NCBI GenBank assembly: GCA_943788515.1 | Contig: CALSQM010000004.1 | Location: forward strand, 20,576-84,575 | From: an uncultured SAR86 cluster bacterium | GTDB lineage: Bacteria > Pseudomonadota > Gammaproteobacteria > Magnimaribacterales > D2472 | DNA length: 64,000 nt | Direction: 5' to 3' | Shown here: piece after piece, positions 40,238 through 50,159 of the stretch | Layout: every line of letters begins with the position of its first letter | Position numbering within the stretch: the stretch's first letter is position 1 | Notes under the pieces: generated by a model | What the model saw: the letters and a program-made list of their open reading frames with translations, nothing else | The model's database searches: none | Told to the model about the DNA's origin: nothing | Made by a program: the position numbers and the translations under genes

Positions 40238-41392
40238 ATGAAATCACCTATCTGTGAAATGTTTGATATTGAGTTTCCTCTTATTGCTTTTAGTCATTGC
40301 AGAGATGTTGTTGTCGCAGTATCTAAGGCTGGAGGTATGGGAGTTTTGGGGGCAGTTGGACATTCTCCTAAAAAATTAGAAATTGATCTTAAGTGGATTG
40401 ATGACAATATTAATGGCATGCCCTATGGCGTGGATGTACTTGTACCCAATACCTACAAAGGAAAAGGAGAAGGTAATTCATTAAATGACCTCAGAGAAAT
40501 GATACCTCAAGAATATAGAGATTTTAGAGCTGATGTTCTCCAAGAGTATGATGTAAGTGCTGATCATTTGAGGAACAGCGAAGGCTCTGCTAGAACTGAA
40601 AAAAATTCTAATGCAATCTTAGGCAAAGGTTTTGAAATTGCGCAAGAAGTACTTGATGTTGCTTTTTCGCATCCTATTAAGTTGGTTGCAAATGCTCTTG
40701 GGGTTCCTCCTGACTGGATGCTTAAAATGGGTAAAGATAATGGGGTTGCAGTTGCAGCGCTTGTTGGGGCAAAAGAGCATGCAATAAAACAGGTGGAAGC
40801 AGGTGTTGATTTAGTTGTTGTATCAGGAACCGAAGGCGGTGGTCATTGTGGAAGTGTTTCGACAATGGTTTTAGTTCCAGAGGTTAGGAGAGCTTTGAAA
40901 GCGTATGGGACTATACCAATACTTGCTGCTGGCGGTATTGCGACAGGAGAGCAAATGGCAGGAATAATGGCCATGGGAGCTGATGGTGTCTGGTGTGCAT
41001 CGGTTTTTTTACCAACAAATGAAGCAGAAACCTCAGAAAACATAAAAGAAAAAATGGTAGCAGCCTCCTCAAGCGAAACTGTTAGATCTAAAAGTAGAAC
41101 CGGTAAACACTCTAGACAACTTAAATCACCATGGACAGATGCTTGGGAATCTAAAGATGCGCCAGAACCTCTTCCAATGCCACTTCAGACAATGGTAAGT
41201 GAGCCAGCCTTAAGGGTTGTAAGAGATCAAGCAGAAATTGGGCACGAGGGTGCTAAAAAACTTGAGACATATTGGGTTGGGCAAGGAATTGGTCTGGTAA
41301 ATGAAAGTATTAGCGCAGGACAAACGGTTCAAAAATACAAAGAAGAGTTTATAGAAGCCTATGAAAATATGAATGCTTTATTTGACGAATAA
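40238..41392 (+). CDS. Nitronate monooxygenase (NMO/2-nitropropane dioxygenase) family protein
   Basis: FPLIAF...GGMGVLGA and VSGTEGGGH motifs. I moved the start to ATG 40238 (MKSPICEMF); the 30-codon track extension overlaps the rraA-like gene. Confidence 0.8.
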   Translation: MKSPICEMFDIEFPLIAFSHCRDVVVAVSKAGGMGVLGAVGHSPKKLEIDLKWIDDNINGMPYGVDVLVPNTYKGKGEGNSLNDLREMIPQEYRDFRADVLQEYDVSADHLRNSEGSARTEKNSNAILGKGFEIAQEVLDVAFSHPIKLVANALGVPPDWMLKMGKDNGVAVAALVGAKEHAIKQVEAGVDLVVVSGTEGGGHCGSVSTMVLVPEVRRALKAYGTIPILAAGGIATGEQMAGIMAMGADGVWCASVFLPTNEAETSENIKEKMVAASSSETVRSKSRTGKHSRQLKSPWTDAWESKDAPEPLPMPLQTMVSEPALRVVRDQAEIGHEGAKKLETYWVGQGIGLVNESISAGQTVQKYKEEFIEAYENMNALFDE

Positions 41393-41394
41393 AA

Positions 41395-42666
41395 CTAAAT
41401 ATTTTGATCTGCTCTCTTAACGAATTCTAAAACAGTTGCATTAATACAATATCTTGGTAACCCGTTAGGCCCATCATCAAAGACATGACCTAAATGAATA
41501 TCGGAAGATACTGACCTTATTTCAGTCCTCCTCATGCCAAAACTATTATCAGGAATTTCATAAACTGAATCTTTTATAGGTCTTGTAAAAGACAGCCAAC
41601 CAGATCTTGAGACAAATCTATTCTTTGTATCAAATAGAGGCACCCCGCTCAATTTATCTATAAAAACACCATCAGGCGTATCTTTAAAAATTTGATATTC
41701 TTTGCAGAATCTAGAGTCTGTTCCTTCGTTAAATGCGACATCAAATGCCTCAGACCTCCCAAGCTTGAAAGCTCCAAATGCTTTATAAAAATCTTTAGAA
41801 TCCATATAACCTTGATAACCGAAGACTTCTTTACCGTCTTCTAAAAAAATAATAGTCGGTGTTGCCCAAGTAGGTGTTTTTAAACTTAATGCACTTAACT
41901 CTTTAGCTGTTCTTTTATAGAGCGGAATGGTTCCTAAGTAACTGCTAATAACATCATTATCAAATTTCTCACAGTAAGGACAATACTCCTCAGAATCAAT
42001 TACTAAAATATGTTTTCCTTCCAATAAGGCGGAATTATCAATTACATTTTTAGGTAATTTTTTTTCATTAAATGCAACGCCAGTTGAGTGATCTGGGCAG
42101 TAACCATTCGGATTCTTTTTTATATAATCCTGATGATACTCTTCAGCAGCATAAAATTTATCAAGCAATTTAACAGATGTTTGAATTTCACCATAACCAG
42201 CCTTTGTAAGCAGGGCCTGATATTCGTTCAAAACTTTTTTGATTACTTCTTTTTGAGAGTCATTATTATATAAAATAATAGATCTATATTGAGTTCCTAT
42301 ATCATTGCCTTGACGATTGAGTTGTGTTGGATCATGTGACTCAAAGTAATGTTGAAGTATTGTTTCAAAAGAGATTTCACTTTTATTAAAAGATACCTGC
42401 ACCACTTCAGCAAAATTATTTTTATTAAATTTGTTTTGTAGCTTTGTAATGGATCTGTAATTCGGCTTAACTCCATACCCATCAGAGTAACCTGAAACTG
42501 CATTCTCAACCCCTTTAATAGACTCATATCCTTTTTCAGCGCCCCAAAAGCATCCTGAGCCTAAAACAATAGTTTCAAGATGTGAGGTAAGGATGCTCTC
42601 TTCACTATTTAAAAAAAATGAAAAAGAAATGAGCGGTATTAAAAAATAATTACTAATTTTCTTCAT
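41395..42666 (-). CDS. msrAB: Secreted methionine sulfoxide reductase fusion, MsrA - thioredoxin-fold (CPYC) - MsrB
   Basis: Signal peptide; MsrA GSGCFWGAEKGYE...YHQDYIKKNPNGYCPDH; a middle Trx-fold with EEYCPYCEKF; and MsrB SGWLSFTRP...HLGHVFDDGP...RYCINA. Confidence 0.85.
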   Translation of the reverse strand: MKKISNYFLIPLISFSFFLNSEESILTSHLETIVLGSGCFWGAEKGYESIKGVENAVSGYSDGYGVKPNYRSITKLQNKFNKNNFAEVVQVSFNKSEISFETILQHYFESHDPTQLNRQGNDIGTQYRSIILYNNDSQKEVIKKVLNEYQALLTKAGYGEIQTSVKLLDKFYAAEEYHQDYIKKNPNGYCPDHSTGVAFNEKKLPKNVIDNSALLEGKHILVIDSEEYCPYCEKFDNDVISSYLGTIPLYKRTAKELSALSLKTPTWATPTIIFLEDGKEVFGYQGYMDSKDFYKAFGAFKLGRSEAFDVAFNEGTDSRFCKEYQIFKDTPDGVFIDKLSGVPLFDTKNRFVSRSGWLSFTRPIKDSVYEIPDNSFGMRRTEIRSVSSDIHLGHVFDDGPNGLPRYCINATVLEFVKRADQNI

Positions 42667-43270
42667 ATTTATAGCTCCTGCTTTTTATAAATGATGGTCT
42701 ATCAAAAAGTTGGTCTATCCATCTTTTAATATTTGGTTTGTATGCCTGTTCTATTCCTAACGATCCTGCAAGATTGATAGCATAACTGACGCATATATCA
42801 GCAATAGTAAATCTATCACAGCATAGATATTCTTTATGCTCTAGCTCTCTTTCTAATAGCTTCAATCTAGATACAAACCATCTGCTATAACCTTCAACTG
42901 CTGCATCAGCAACACCTGGTTCTTGAAATTTATATCTTAAAACTACTGTTTGAGGAAATGTTAATGTGGCATCAGAGTGATATAGCCAATTTAAATAAGA
43001 TGGGTAATCTTTCTCATCTGGCATAACTCTTAAATCTGTTGGTCCATATTTTTCAACTAAATATTGTGTCATTGCAACAGATTCGGTCATTTCGATATCT
43101 CCATCGATTAAATAAGGAATGGTTCCAAGTATATTTATGTCGAGATATTCCTTCATAAAGACCCTAGGAGGAAATGGCATCATAATTAATTTATAATCAA
43201 TGCCCATCTCTTCTGCTGTCCATATAGGACGCATAGCTCTTGAGTTTTCAGTGCCATATATTTTAATCAT
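42653..43270 (-). CDS. Glutathione S-transferase family protein
   Basis: 205 aa with an N-terminal Trx-like GST domain (IKIYG...SRAMRPIW, TIPYLIDGDIEMTES) and a helical C-terminal domain. Confidence 0.75.
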   Translation of the reverse strand: MIKIYGTENSRAMRPIWTAEEMGIDYKLIMMPFPPRVFMKEYLDINILGTIPYLIDGDIEMTESVAMTQYLVEKYGPTDLRVMPDEKDYPSYLNWLYHSDATLTFPQTVVLRYKFQEPGVADAAVEGYSRWFVSRLKLLERELEHKEYLCCDRFTIADICVSYAINLAGSLGIEQAYKPNIKRWIDQLFDRPSFIKSRSYKYEEN

Positions 43271-43316
43271 TTAGAAGTCCTTCATTTAATTTACTAATTA
43301 TAATACTATTTTATAT

Positions 43317-43344
43317 TGGTAATATTAGTGCTTATATATTACCA
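43317..43344. promoter_or_regulatory. Inverted repeat in the promoter region of the carboxylase operon, a candidate TetR-family operator
   Basis: tggtaatat-N10-atattacca (9-bp perfect arms), 28 nt upstream of the first gene of an operon that encodes its own TetR-like regulator. Confidence 0.3.
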
Positions 43345-43371
43345 TTAATTGGATTTAATAATTGATACCTT

Positions 43372-45033
43372 ATGAAAACTGAAAATATTGCACCCACTAT
43401 TAAGACAAATTTAGACACTAAATCTGAAAAATATCTTAAAAATAAAAAAATGATGCATGAAAAATTAGATTTTCTTGATAATTTGCTTGATCTAGCAGAG
43501 CTTGGCGGCGGAATACACCATCACGAAAGACTAGCAAAAAGGGGAAAAATGCCAGTAAGGGAAAGAGTTATGAACGTCATCGATCCTGATAGCCCGTTTC
43601 TTGAAATTCAGCCTTATGCTGGATATGGAACCAAGGAATATAACGTTGGTGGTGGTTGTGTATCAGGCATAGGGATAATTGCTGGAGTTGAATGTGTTAT
43701 TTTTGCAAATGATCCTACCGTTAAAGCTGGAGCAATGACTGTCTATGTAGGAGAAAAATGGAAAAGAGCTATTGAAATATCAAGAGATAATAAAATTCCA
43801 TTTATTAGCTTCGTTGAATCGGCTGGAGGAGATCTCAGTGTATCGGGCATAAATCAAGGTGACACACCGCCTATTGCTCCTTCAATACAAACAACGCATT
43901 TTGCAGCAACGGGAAGATTTTTTTATGAAATGACAGAATTATCAAAAATGAAAATACCGGTAATCTCAGTTGTATTTGGATCATCTACTGCTGGCGGCGC
44001 CTATCAACCAGGTATGTCAGATTATAATATTTTTATTAAAGATCAATCCAAAGCGTTCTTAGCAGGCCCCCCTCTTGTGAAGATGGCTACCGGAGAAGAA
44101 TCAGACGATGAAACTTTAGGTGGAGCAAAAATGCATTCTGAAAAATCGGGATTATCCGATTATCTTGCTGAAGATGAAATGGATGCTCTAAGAATTTGTA
44201 GAGAAGTTGTTTCTCATCTAAGTTGGAATAAGAAAGGTTTAAAACCTCAAAAATTTAGCTCAGATCCTGTTTATGATGAAGATGAGCTCCTTGGAATTAT
44301 TAGTGAAGACTTAAAATCAGCTGTTGATATCAAAGAAGTTATAGCTAGATTTTCAGATGCATCGAAATTTGAAGAATTTAAGCCGTTATATGGACCCACA
44401 ATGGTCTGTGGATGGGCATCAATTCATGGTTATCAAATAGGCATACTTGGTAATAATGGTCCAATTTATCCCGAATCAGCTGAAAAGGCAGCTACTTTCA
44501 TACAACTTTGTAATAAAAGAAATATACCTTTAATTTTTCTCCACAATGTTACTGGGTTTCTAGTAGGTAAGGATTTTGAAAGCCAAGGAATAATTAAAAA
44601 AGGATCGCAGTTAATAAATGCTGTATCAAATTCTATGGTGCCGCATATTACAATTATAGTAGGAGCTTCTTATGGAGCTGGAACATATGCAATGTCAGGA
44701 AAAGCATTTAATAATAGATTTACATTTCTTTGGCCGACCGCAAAAATTGCTGTAATGGGCCCAGAACAAATGGCAGGTGTAATGTCAATTGTTAGAAAAG
44801 CTAAATCTTTAAGAGACGGTCAAAAGTTTGATGAGAAAGCTGATGAAAATCTAAAAATAATGGTAACTGACTATCTTGAAAAGTTATCTCTTGGGCTGGT
44901 TGCAAGTAGTATGGTGACAGACGATGGGATTATTGATCCAAGAGACACTAGAGACATTATTGGATTTTGCTTATCAATTGTAAGTAATGAGACTATTAAA
45001 GGTGCTGATGAATATGGAGTATTTAGACTATGA
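43372..45033 (+). CDS. Acyl-CoA carboxylase carboxyltransferase (beta) subunit, methylcrotonyl-/geranyl-CoA carboxylase type
   Basis: 553 aa with two carboxyltransferase halves (FANDPTVKAGAMT, GASYGAGTYAM), next to the biotin-carboxylase subunit. Confidence 0.88.
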   Translation: MKTENIAPTIKTNLDTKSEKYLKNKKMMHEKLDFLDNLLDLAELGGGIHHHERLAKRGKMPVRERVMNVIDPDSPFLEIQPYAGYGTKEYNVGGGCVSGIGIIAGVECVIFANDPTVKAGAMTVYVGEKWKRAIEISRDNKIPFISFVESAGGDLSVSGINQGDTPPIAPSIQTTHFAATGRFFYEMTELSKMKIPVISVVFGSSTAGGAYQPGMSDYNIFIKDQSKAFLAGPPLVKMATGEESDDETLGGAKMHSEKSGLSDYLAEDEMDALRICREVVSHLSWNKKGLKPQKFSSDPVYDEDELLGIISEDLKSAVDIKEVIARFSDASKFEEFKPLYGPTMVCGWASIHGYQIGILGNNGPIYPESAEKAATFIQLCNKRNIPLIFLHNVTGFLVGKDFESQGIIKKGSQLINAVSNSMVPHITIIVGASYGAGTYAMSGKAFNNRFTFLWPTAKIAVMGPEQMAGVMSIVRKAKSLRDGQKFDEKADENLKIMVTDYLEKLSLGLVASSMVTDDGIIDPRDTRDIIGFCLSIVSNETIKGADEYGVFRL

Positions 45034-46958
45034 GTTTTAATTCATTATTAATTGCCAATCGAGGCGAAATTGCATGCAGGATTATAAGAAGTGCTCATGA
45101 AATGGGAATAAAGTGTATTGCTGTATATGTTGATGCGGATATGGATGCCCCTTTTGTAAAGGAGGCTGATGAGTCTATTCGTATACCAGATGGGGGATAT
45201 TTAGATGTGGGTTTGGTGATAGAGGCTGCAAAGAAATCTGGAGCTCAAGCCATTCATCCTGGATATGGCTTTTTATCTGAAAATGCTACATTTGCTAGAA
45301 AAGTTATTAAAGAGGGTTTGGTTTGGGTTGGTCCTTCAGCCCATGTGATCTCTGTTATGGGAGATAAATTAAAAGCAAAAGAATTAGCTATTAAAGCTAA
45401 GGTTCCCACCCTGCCAATGACTTCAGATCCAAAAGAAGCAAAAAATGTTGGCTACCCTCTTCTTATTAAAGCAGCGGCTGGTGGTGGTGGAAAAGGAATG
45501 AGAATTGTAGTTAATAAAAAAGATCTCAAAGAATCAATTGCAAGTGCGCAAAGGGAAGCTAAATCAGGCTTTGGTGATGAAAGAGTTTTTATAGAAAGAT
45601 ATGTTGAAAAATCTAGACATATTGAAATTCAAATTTTAGGAGATGTTCATGGAAATGTTGTTCATCTTGGTGAGAGAGAATGCTCTATACAAAGAAGACA
45701 TCAAAAAATTATAGAAGAATCGCCATCTCCAAGAATAAATCATCAAGTAAGAGCTGCTATGGGAGATGCTGCTGTAAAGCTTGCTAAAAAGATTAAATAT
45801 CAATCTGCTGGAACTGTAGAGTTTCTATTTGATGATAAAACAGAAGAGTTTTGGTTTTTGGAAATTAATACAAGACTGCAAGTTGAACATCCAGTAACCG
45901 AAGAAGTTACTGGAATAGATTTGGTATGTGAACAACTGCGAATAGCTAGAGGTGAGTACCTTGGCTATGAACAAGATGATATCGAATTTAGTGGCTCTGC
46001 TATAGAAGCAAGACTATATGCAGAAGATCCAAGTAATAATTTTCTTCCAGAAATAGGTACTCTCATAGCTTTCGAAGATGGTTATGATGCAGATGCAAGA
46101 TGGGACTCAGGGGTAGCTAGTGGTTCGGTTGTGGGAACAGATTTTGATCCAATGCTTGCTAAGGTTATTTCATATGCACCAACTCGAACAGACGCTGCTG
46201 GGAAGCTTGCTAGAGCTCTTGAGTCAGCTCATATTGGCGGAGTTAAAACAAATAGAGATTTCTTAATTGCTTGTCTGCGATCAAATGAATACTTGAATGG
46301 TGATACCACCACTGATTTTATTGATCGGGTAAATCTTCCAAGAACTTTAGACCTATCATCAGATGAAATTGAACATGTAATATCATTGGCAGCGTTATGG
46401 GTTCAAAAAACCAATAAAGAGAATTCAAGTGTCTTGAAATTTATGCCGAGTGGCTGGACTAACGGAAAACTGCCTAAGCAAAATATAACCCTTATGCTTA
46501 GTAATGAAACTCATAAAGTTGAATATGCCTATGTAAAGAAACAGGGCTTTATTTTTGGTTCAAACAAGGTTGCAAAAATTCATGATCAGAATGAGTTTGG
46601 ATTAGATGTCGAATTCGATGGCAAAAGACATTTTTCTAGAATAACAATGTCAGAGGATCAAGTGCTTGTTCATATGCCATATGGTGATGTGATGGTAAAA
46701 GTTATGCCAAGATTTGTAATGCCTGGACTCGAAACCCAAGCAGGAGGTCTTGTTGCACCTATGCCTGGAAAAGTTATTGATCTTAAAGTAAAGAAAGGCA
46801 GCAAAGTTAAAGCAGGAGACACCTTAATAATTCTTGAGGCTATGAAGATGGAACATTCTGTAAAAGCCTCTGAAAATGGAACAGTCTCTGATTTATTGGT
46901 ATCTGCAAATGATCAAGTGGAAAATGGAGCTCTTCTTATGGTAGTTGATCCAAAATAA
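45030..46958 (+). CDS. Acyl-CoA carboxylase biotin-carboxylase/BCCP (alpha) subunit
   Basis: ATP-grasp biotin carboxylase (LLIANRGEIACR, KAAAGGGGKGMR, ECSIQRRHQK) and a C-terminal biotinyl domain with EAMKMEH. Confidence 0.92.
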   Translation: MSFNSLLIANRGEIACRIIRSAHEMGIKCIAVYVDADMDAPFVKEADESIRIPDGGYLDVGLVIEAAKKSGAQAIHPGYGFLSENATFARKVIKEGLVWVGPSAHVISVMGDKLKAKELAIKAKVPTLPMTSDPKEAKNVGYPLLIKAAAGGGGKGMRIVVNKKDLKESIASAQREAKSGFGDERVFIERYVEKSRHIEIQILGDVHGNVVHLGERECSIQRRHQKIIEESPSPRINHQVRAAMGDAAVKLAKKIKYQSAGTVEFLFDDKTEEFWFLEINTRLQVEHPVTEEVTGIDLVCEQLRIARGEYLGYEQDDIEFSGSAIEARLYAEDPSNNFLPEIGTLIAFEDGYDADARWDSGVASGSVVGTDFDPMLAKVISYAPTRTDAAGKLARALESAHIGGVKTNRDFLIACLRSNEYLNGDTTTDFIDRVNLPRTLDLSSDEIEHVISLAALWVQKTNKENSSVLKFMPSGWTNGKLPKQNITLMLSNETHKVEYAYVKKQGFIFGSNKVAKIHDQNEFGLDVEFDGKRHFSRITMSEDQVLVHMPYGDVMVKVMPRFVMPGLETQAGGLVAPMPGKVIDLKVKKGSKVKAGDTLIILEAMKMEHSVKASENGTVSDLLVSANDQVENGALLMVVDPK

Positions 46959-47569
46959 TGCATTACTCAAATCAAGTAAAAAATATAAAAAGGAGTTCTT
47001 TAAAAGTTCTTACCAGCAGGCATCATGAAATAATAAACTTACTTGAACAGATGCTTGAAAAGGGTATACCAGATCTAACTATGTCTGAGTTAGCTTCAAA
47101 ATTAAAAATTTCTTTAAGAACTTTATATGAAATTGCTCCAAGCAAAGATGCCCTAATTACAATGACTGTTGATAATATTTTAAAAAAACTTGGAAAAGAT
47201 GCATTAGATGAAATTGCTAGTATCCAATCTCCTTTTAAGAAATTACAAAAGTATTTAAGTGCAGTCAATCAAGCCGTAGGACCAAAATTTGATAAATTTA
47301 TAAGAGGTCTAAGCAATATAAATGGGTCATCTGATATGGTTGATTATCATGAAGATTTTATTACAAGCTATATAGAAAAACTATTAAATGAAGCCTTGAA
47401 AGCAAGAGAAATAAAAAAGATAGATACAAGAGCTTTTGCAATTTTATTGGGTGGAATTGGTAGAGAGTTTTCTAAAGAAAAAAATAGAATATCAACAGAT
47501 GTTTCACCTGAAAAATCAGCTAATTCAATAACAAGAGTTATTTTAGATGGGATAAGACTGGAGAGTTAA
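46958..47569 (+). CDS. TetR-family transcriptional regulator
   Basis: N-terminal HTH (LTMSELASKLKISLRTLYEIAPSKDALI). About 200 aa, embedded in the catabolic operon in an AtuR-like position. Confidence 0.7.
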   Translation: MHYSNQVKNIKRSSLKVLTSRHHEIINLLEQMLEKGIPDLTMSELASKLKISLRTLYEIAPSKDALITMTVDNILKKLGKDALDEIASIQSPFKKLQKYLSAVNQAVGPKFDKFIRGLSNINGSSDMVDYHEDFITSYIEKLLNEALKAREIKKIDTRAFAILLGGIGREFSKEKNRISTDVSPEKSANSITRVILDGIRLES

Positions 47570-47570
47570 A

Positions 47571-49349
47571 TTGAGTTCACAAGTAATTAAAATTGCAAAT
47601 TGTAGTGGCTACTATGGAGATAAGTTATCTGCTGCGAAAGATATGATTGATGGCGGTCCTATAGATGTTTTGACTGGGGACTATCTTGCAGAGCTCACAA
47701 TGACCATTTTATATAATCAAAAACTTCAAAGAGGTGAAGATAAAGGTTATGTCGGTACATTTTTAAAACAAGTTGAAGAAATCGCAAAAGACTGTAAAGA
47801 AAAAAACATTAAGATTGTTACAAATGCAGGTGGGCTTAATCCTAGCTCGATGGCCAATGAAATTGAAAAGATCTTAGAAGAGTTATCTATTGACATGAGA
47901 GTTGCCTATATAGATGGTGATGACTTAATGCCAAGAATGGAAGAGTTAAATACATCTGGTGAAGAATTTATCAACATAGACAAAAACAAAAAACTAAATG
48001 ATTCAGGCTATACAACCTTAACTGCAAATGCATATCTTGGAGCTTGGGGTATTAAAGAAGCTTTAGACAATGGTGCTGATATTGTTGTTTGTCCTAGGGT
48101 CACTGATGCTGCTGTGGTTATAGGCCCTGCTGCTTGGAAATTTAGTTGGGCTAGAGATAATTATGATGCTTTAGCTGGCGCTCTTGCAGCGGGTCATATT
48201 ATTGAATGTGGCTGTCAGGCAACAGGTGGAAATTACTCTTTTTTTAAAGAAGTGCCTAGTTTTGATAACGTGGGTTATCCGATTGCTGAAATTGAAGAAA
48301 ATGGATCCTTTACAATCACAAAACATCCAGGAACAGGTGGCTTAGTTTCAGTTGGCACTGTTACAGCTCAATTATTGTATGAAATTAGTTCACCAGCATA
48401 TATAAACCCTGATGTTATAGGTCATTTTGATACTCTAAAAATTGAAGAAGTCTCTAGGGATAGGGTCTATGTATCAGGTTGTAGGGGAAGCACTCCCCCT
48501 TCTAGCCACAAAGCATGTATTAATCTTGCTGGTGGTTTTAGAAATGGTATGGAAATTATCTTAACTGGTTTAAATATCGATGAAAAGGCTAAGTCATTCA
48601 CTGATACATTATTTAAATCCTTAGGAGGAATTGATCAGTTTGACGAGGTTTCAATTGATCTCCATCAAACTCAAAAAAATAATCCTAATTCAAATGAAGA
48701 GGCAATGGCCTCTTTATCTCTTTCAGTTAAATCAATGGATCCAAACCTTGTTGGTAGGATGTTTAGCGCTAAAGTAGTTGAACTCTCACTCGCAAGCTTC
48801 CCTGGTTTTTTTGCTCAAGGCGGAGTGAAGCCAAGCGGTCCTGTTATAGTTTATTGGCCTGCCCTAATAGACAGCATACATATAAAGGAAAAAGTGTATG
48901 TGGATGGTAAGAAAATCGAAATCCTCCCAACAAGCCAATTAGGTCTTGAAGACAAATACTATCAAAAAGAACCAATAGATATTCCAGAAGCCCCAGAAGG
49001 CCCAAGAAAATCCGTTTATTTTGGTGAAATATATGGAACAAGATCTGGTGACAAAGGGGGATGCGCTAATTTAGGGGTTTGGGCAAAAAGTAATATGGCT
49101 TATTCTTTTTTGTATGAATTCTTAACTGTAAAAAAATTAAAAGAGTTGCTGCCAGATATAGAAAAATATGAGATCGATAGATATGAACTTCCTAATATTA
49201 AATCTCTTAATTTCTATATTCATGATATTTTACAAGATGGTATTTCATCTAATAATAGAAAGGATGGTCAAGCTAAATCCCTTGGAGAGTATCTTGGATC
49301 TAAACTTGTTGATGTTCCTGATGAAATTCTAAATGAGAAAATTATATGA
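47571..49349 (+). CDS. AtuA-like protein (DUF1446, acyclic terpene utilisation family)
   Basis: IANCSGYYGDKLSAAKDMIDGGPIDVLTGDYLAELTM is typical of DUF1446/AtuA. Apparent TTG start directly after the upstream stop. Confidence 0.75.
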   Translation: MSSQVIKIANCSGYYGDKLSAAKDMIDGGPIDVLTGDYLAELTMTILYNQKLQRGEDKGYVGTFLKQVEEIAKDCKEKNIKIVTNAGGLNPSSMANEIEKILEELSIDMRVAYIDGDDLMPRMEELNTSGEEFINIDKNKKLNDSGYTTLTANAYLGAWGIKEALDNGADIVVCPRVTDAAVVIGPAAWKFSWARDNYDALAGALAAGHIIECGCQATGGNYSFFKEVPSFDNVGYPIAEIEENGSFTITKHPGTGGLVSVGTVTAQLLYEISSPAYINPDVIGHFDTLKIEEVSRDRVYVSGCRGSTPPSSHKACINLAGGFRNGMEIILTGLNIDEKAKSFTDTLFKSLGGIDQFDEVSIDLHQTQKNNPNSNEEAMASLSLSVKSMDPNLVGRMFSAKVVELSLASFPGFFAQGGVKPSGPVIVYWPALIDSIHIKEKVYVDGKKIEILPTSQLGLEDKYYQKEPIDIPEAPEGPRKSVYFGEIYGTRSGDKGGCANLGVWAKSNMAYSFLYEFLTVKKLKELLPDIEKYEIDRYELPNIKSLNFYIHDILQDGISSNNRKDGQAKSLGEYLGSKLVDVPDEILNEKII

Positions 49350-50137
49350 TTAATAAAAAACTATCCCTTGATGAGCTCATCTTTAAAGCAACAAAAATTG
49401 ATGTTTCAAATAATATTTTAACTATTACTTTAAATCGTCCAGAAAAGAAGAATGCGCTTAATAACGTTATGGTGAATGAGATTAACTATGCCTTAGCTTA
49501 TGCAAAACAAGAAAGAGAAATTCGTGTTGTGGTTATAGCTGCTGAGGGTGATATTTTTTGTGCAGGGGCTGATTTAAATCGAACAGAATCAGATTCAAAT
49601 GTTCCAAAGTTGGACGGAGCAGAAGATATTAGTATAGCTATAAGGCATCTCTACAAACCAGTGATATGTAAAATTCAAGGTTCAGTTTTGGCGGGCGCTT
49701 TATTGATGGTAACTAATGCTACGCATGCTATTGCAATTAAGGAAGCTAAGTTTTCTGCACCAGAAATTAAACGTGGGCTATGGCCTTTTATGGTAATGGC
49801 TGGGTTATTTAGGGTGATGCCAAAAAGAGCAGGATTAGATTTTATTATGCGTGGTGGCTTTATAAATTCAGAAAAAGCAGAGCAATGGGGTTTGATAAAT
49901 TACTCAGTACCTTCAAGTGAACTGGACACCACAGTTGATAGTTTAGCTAAAGAATTAGCTAACCTTGCGCCTGGAACAATGCAATTAGGATTAGAAGCAT
50001 ATGAAAAACAAGATGGGATGGATTTTGATGAAGCAATGCCATTTCTTCAAGAGCAAATTGCAGAATGTTTTAAAGGTGATGATGCTAAAGAAGGTATCGC
50101 CGCATTTTTAGAAAAAAGAGACCCTAAATGGGATTAA
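49346..50137 (+). CDS. Enoyl-CoA hydratase/isomerase (crotonase) family protein
   Basis: Crotonase motifs: ITLNRPEKKNAL, FCAGADL, and PEIKRGLWPF. Confidence 0.88.
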   Translation: MINKKLSLDELIFKATKIDVSNNILTITLNRPEKKNALNNVMVNEINYALAYAKQEREIRVVVIAAEGDIFCAGADLNRTESDSNVPKLDGAEDISIAIRHLYKPVICKIQGSVLAGALLMVTNATHAIAIKEAKFSAPEIKRGLWPFMVMAGLFRVMPKRAGLDFIMRGGFINSEKAEQWGLINYSVPSSELDTTVDSLAKELANLAPGTMQLGLEAYEKQDGMDFDEAMPFLQEQIAECFKGDDAKEGIAAFLEKRDPKWD

Positions 50138-50159
50138 CTTTTTATTAGAGAGACATTAT

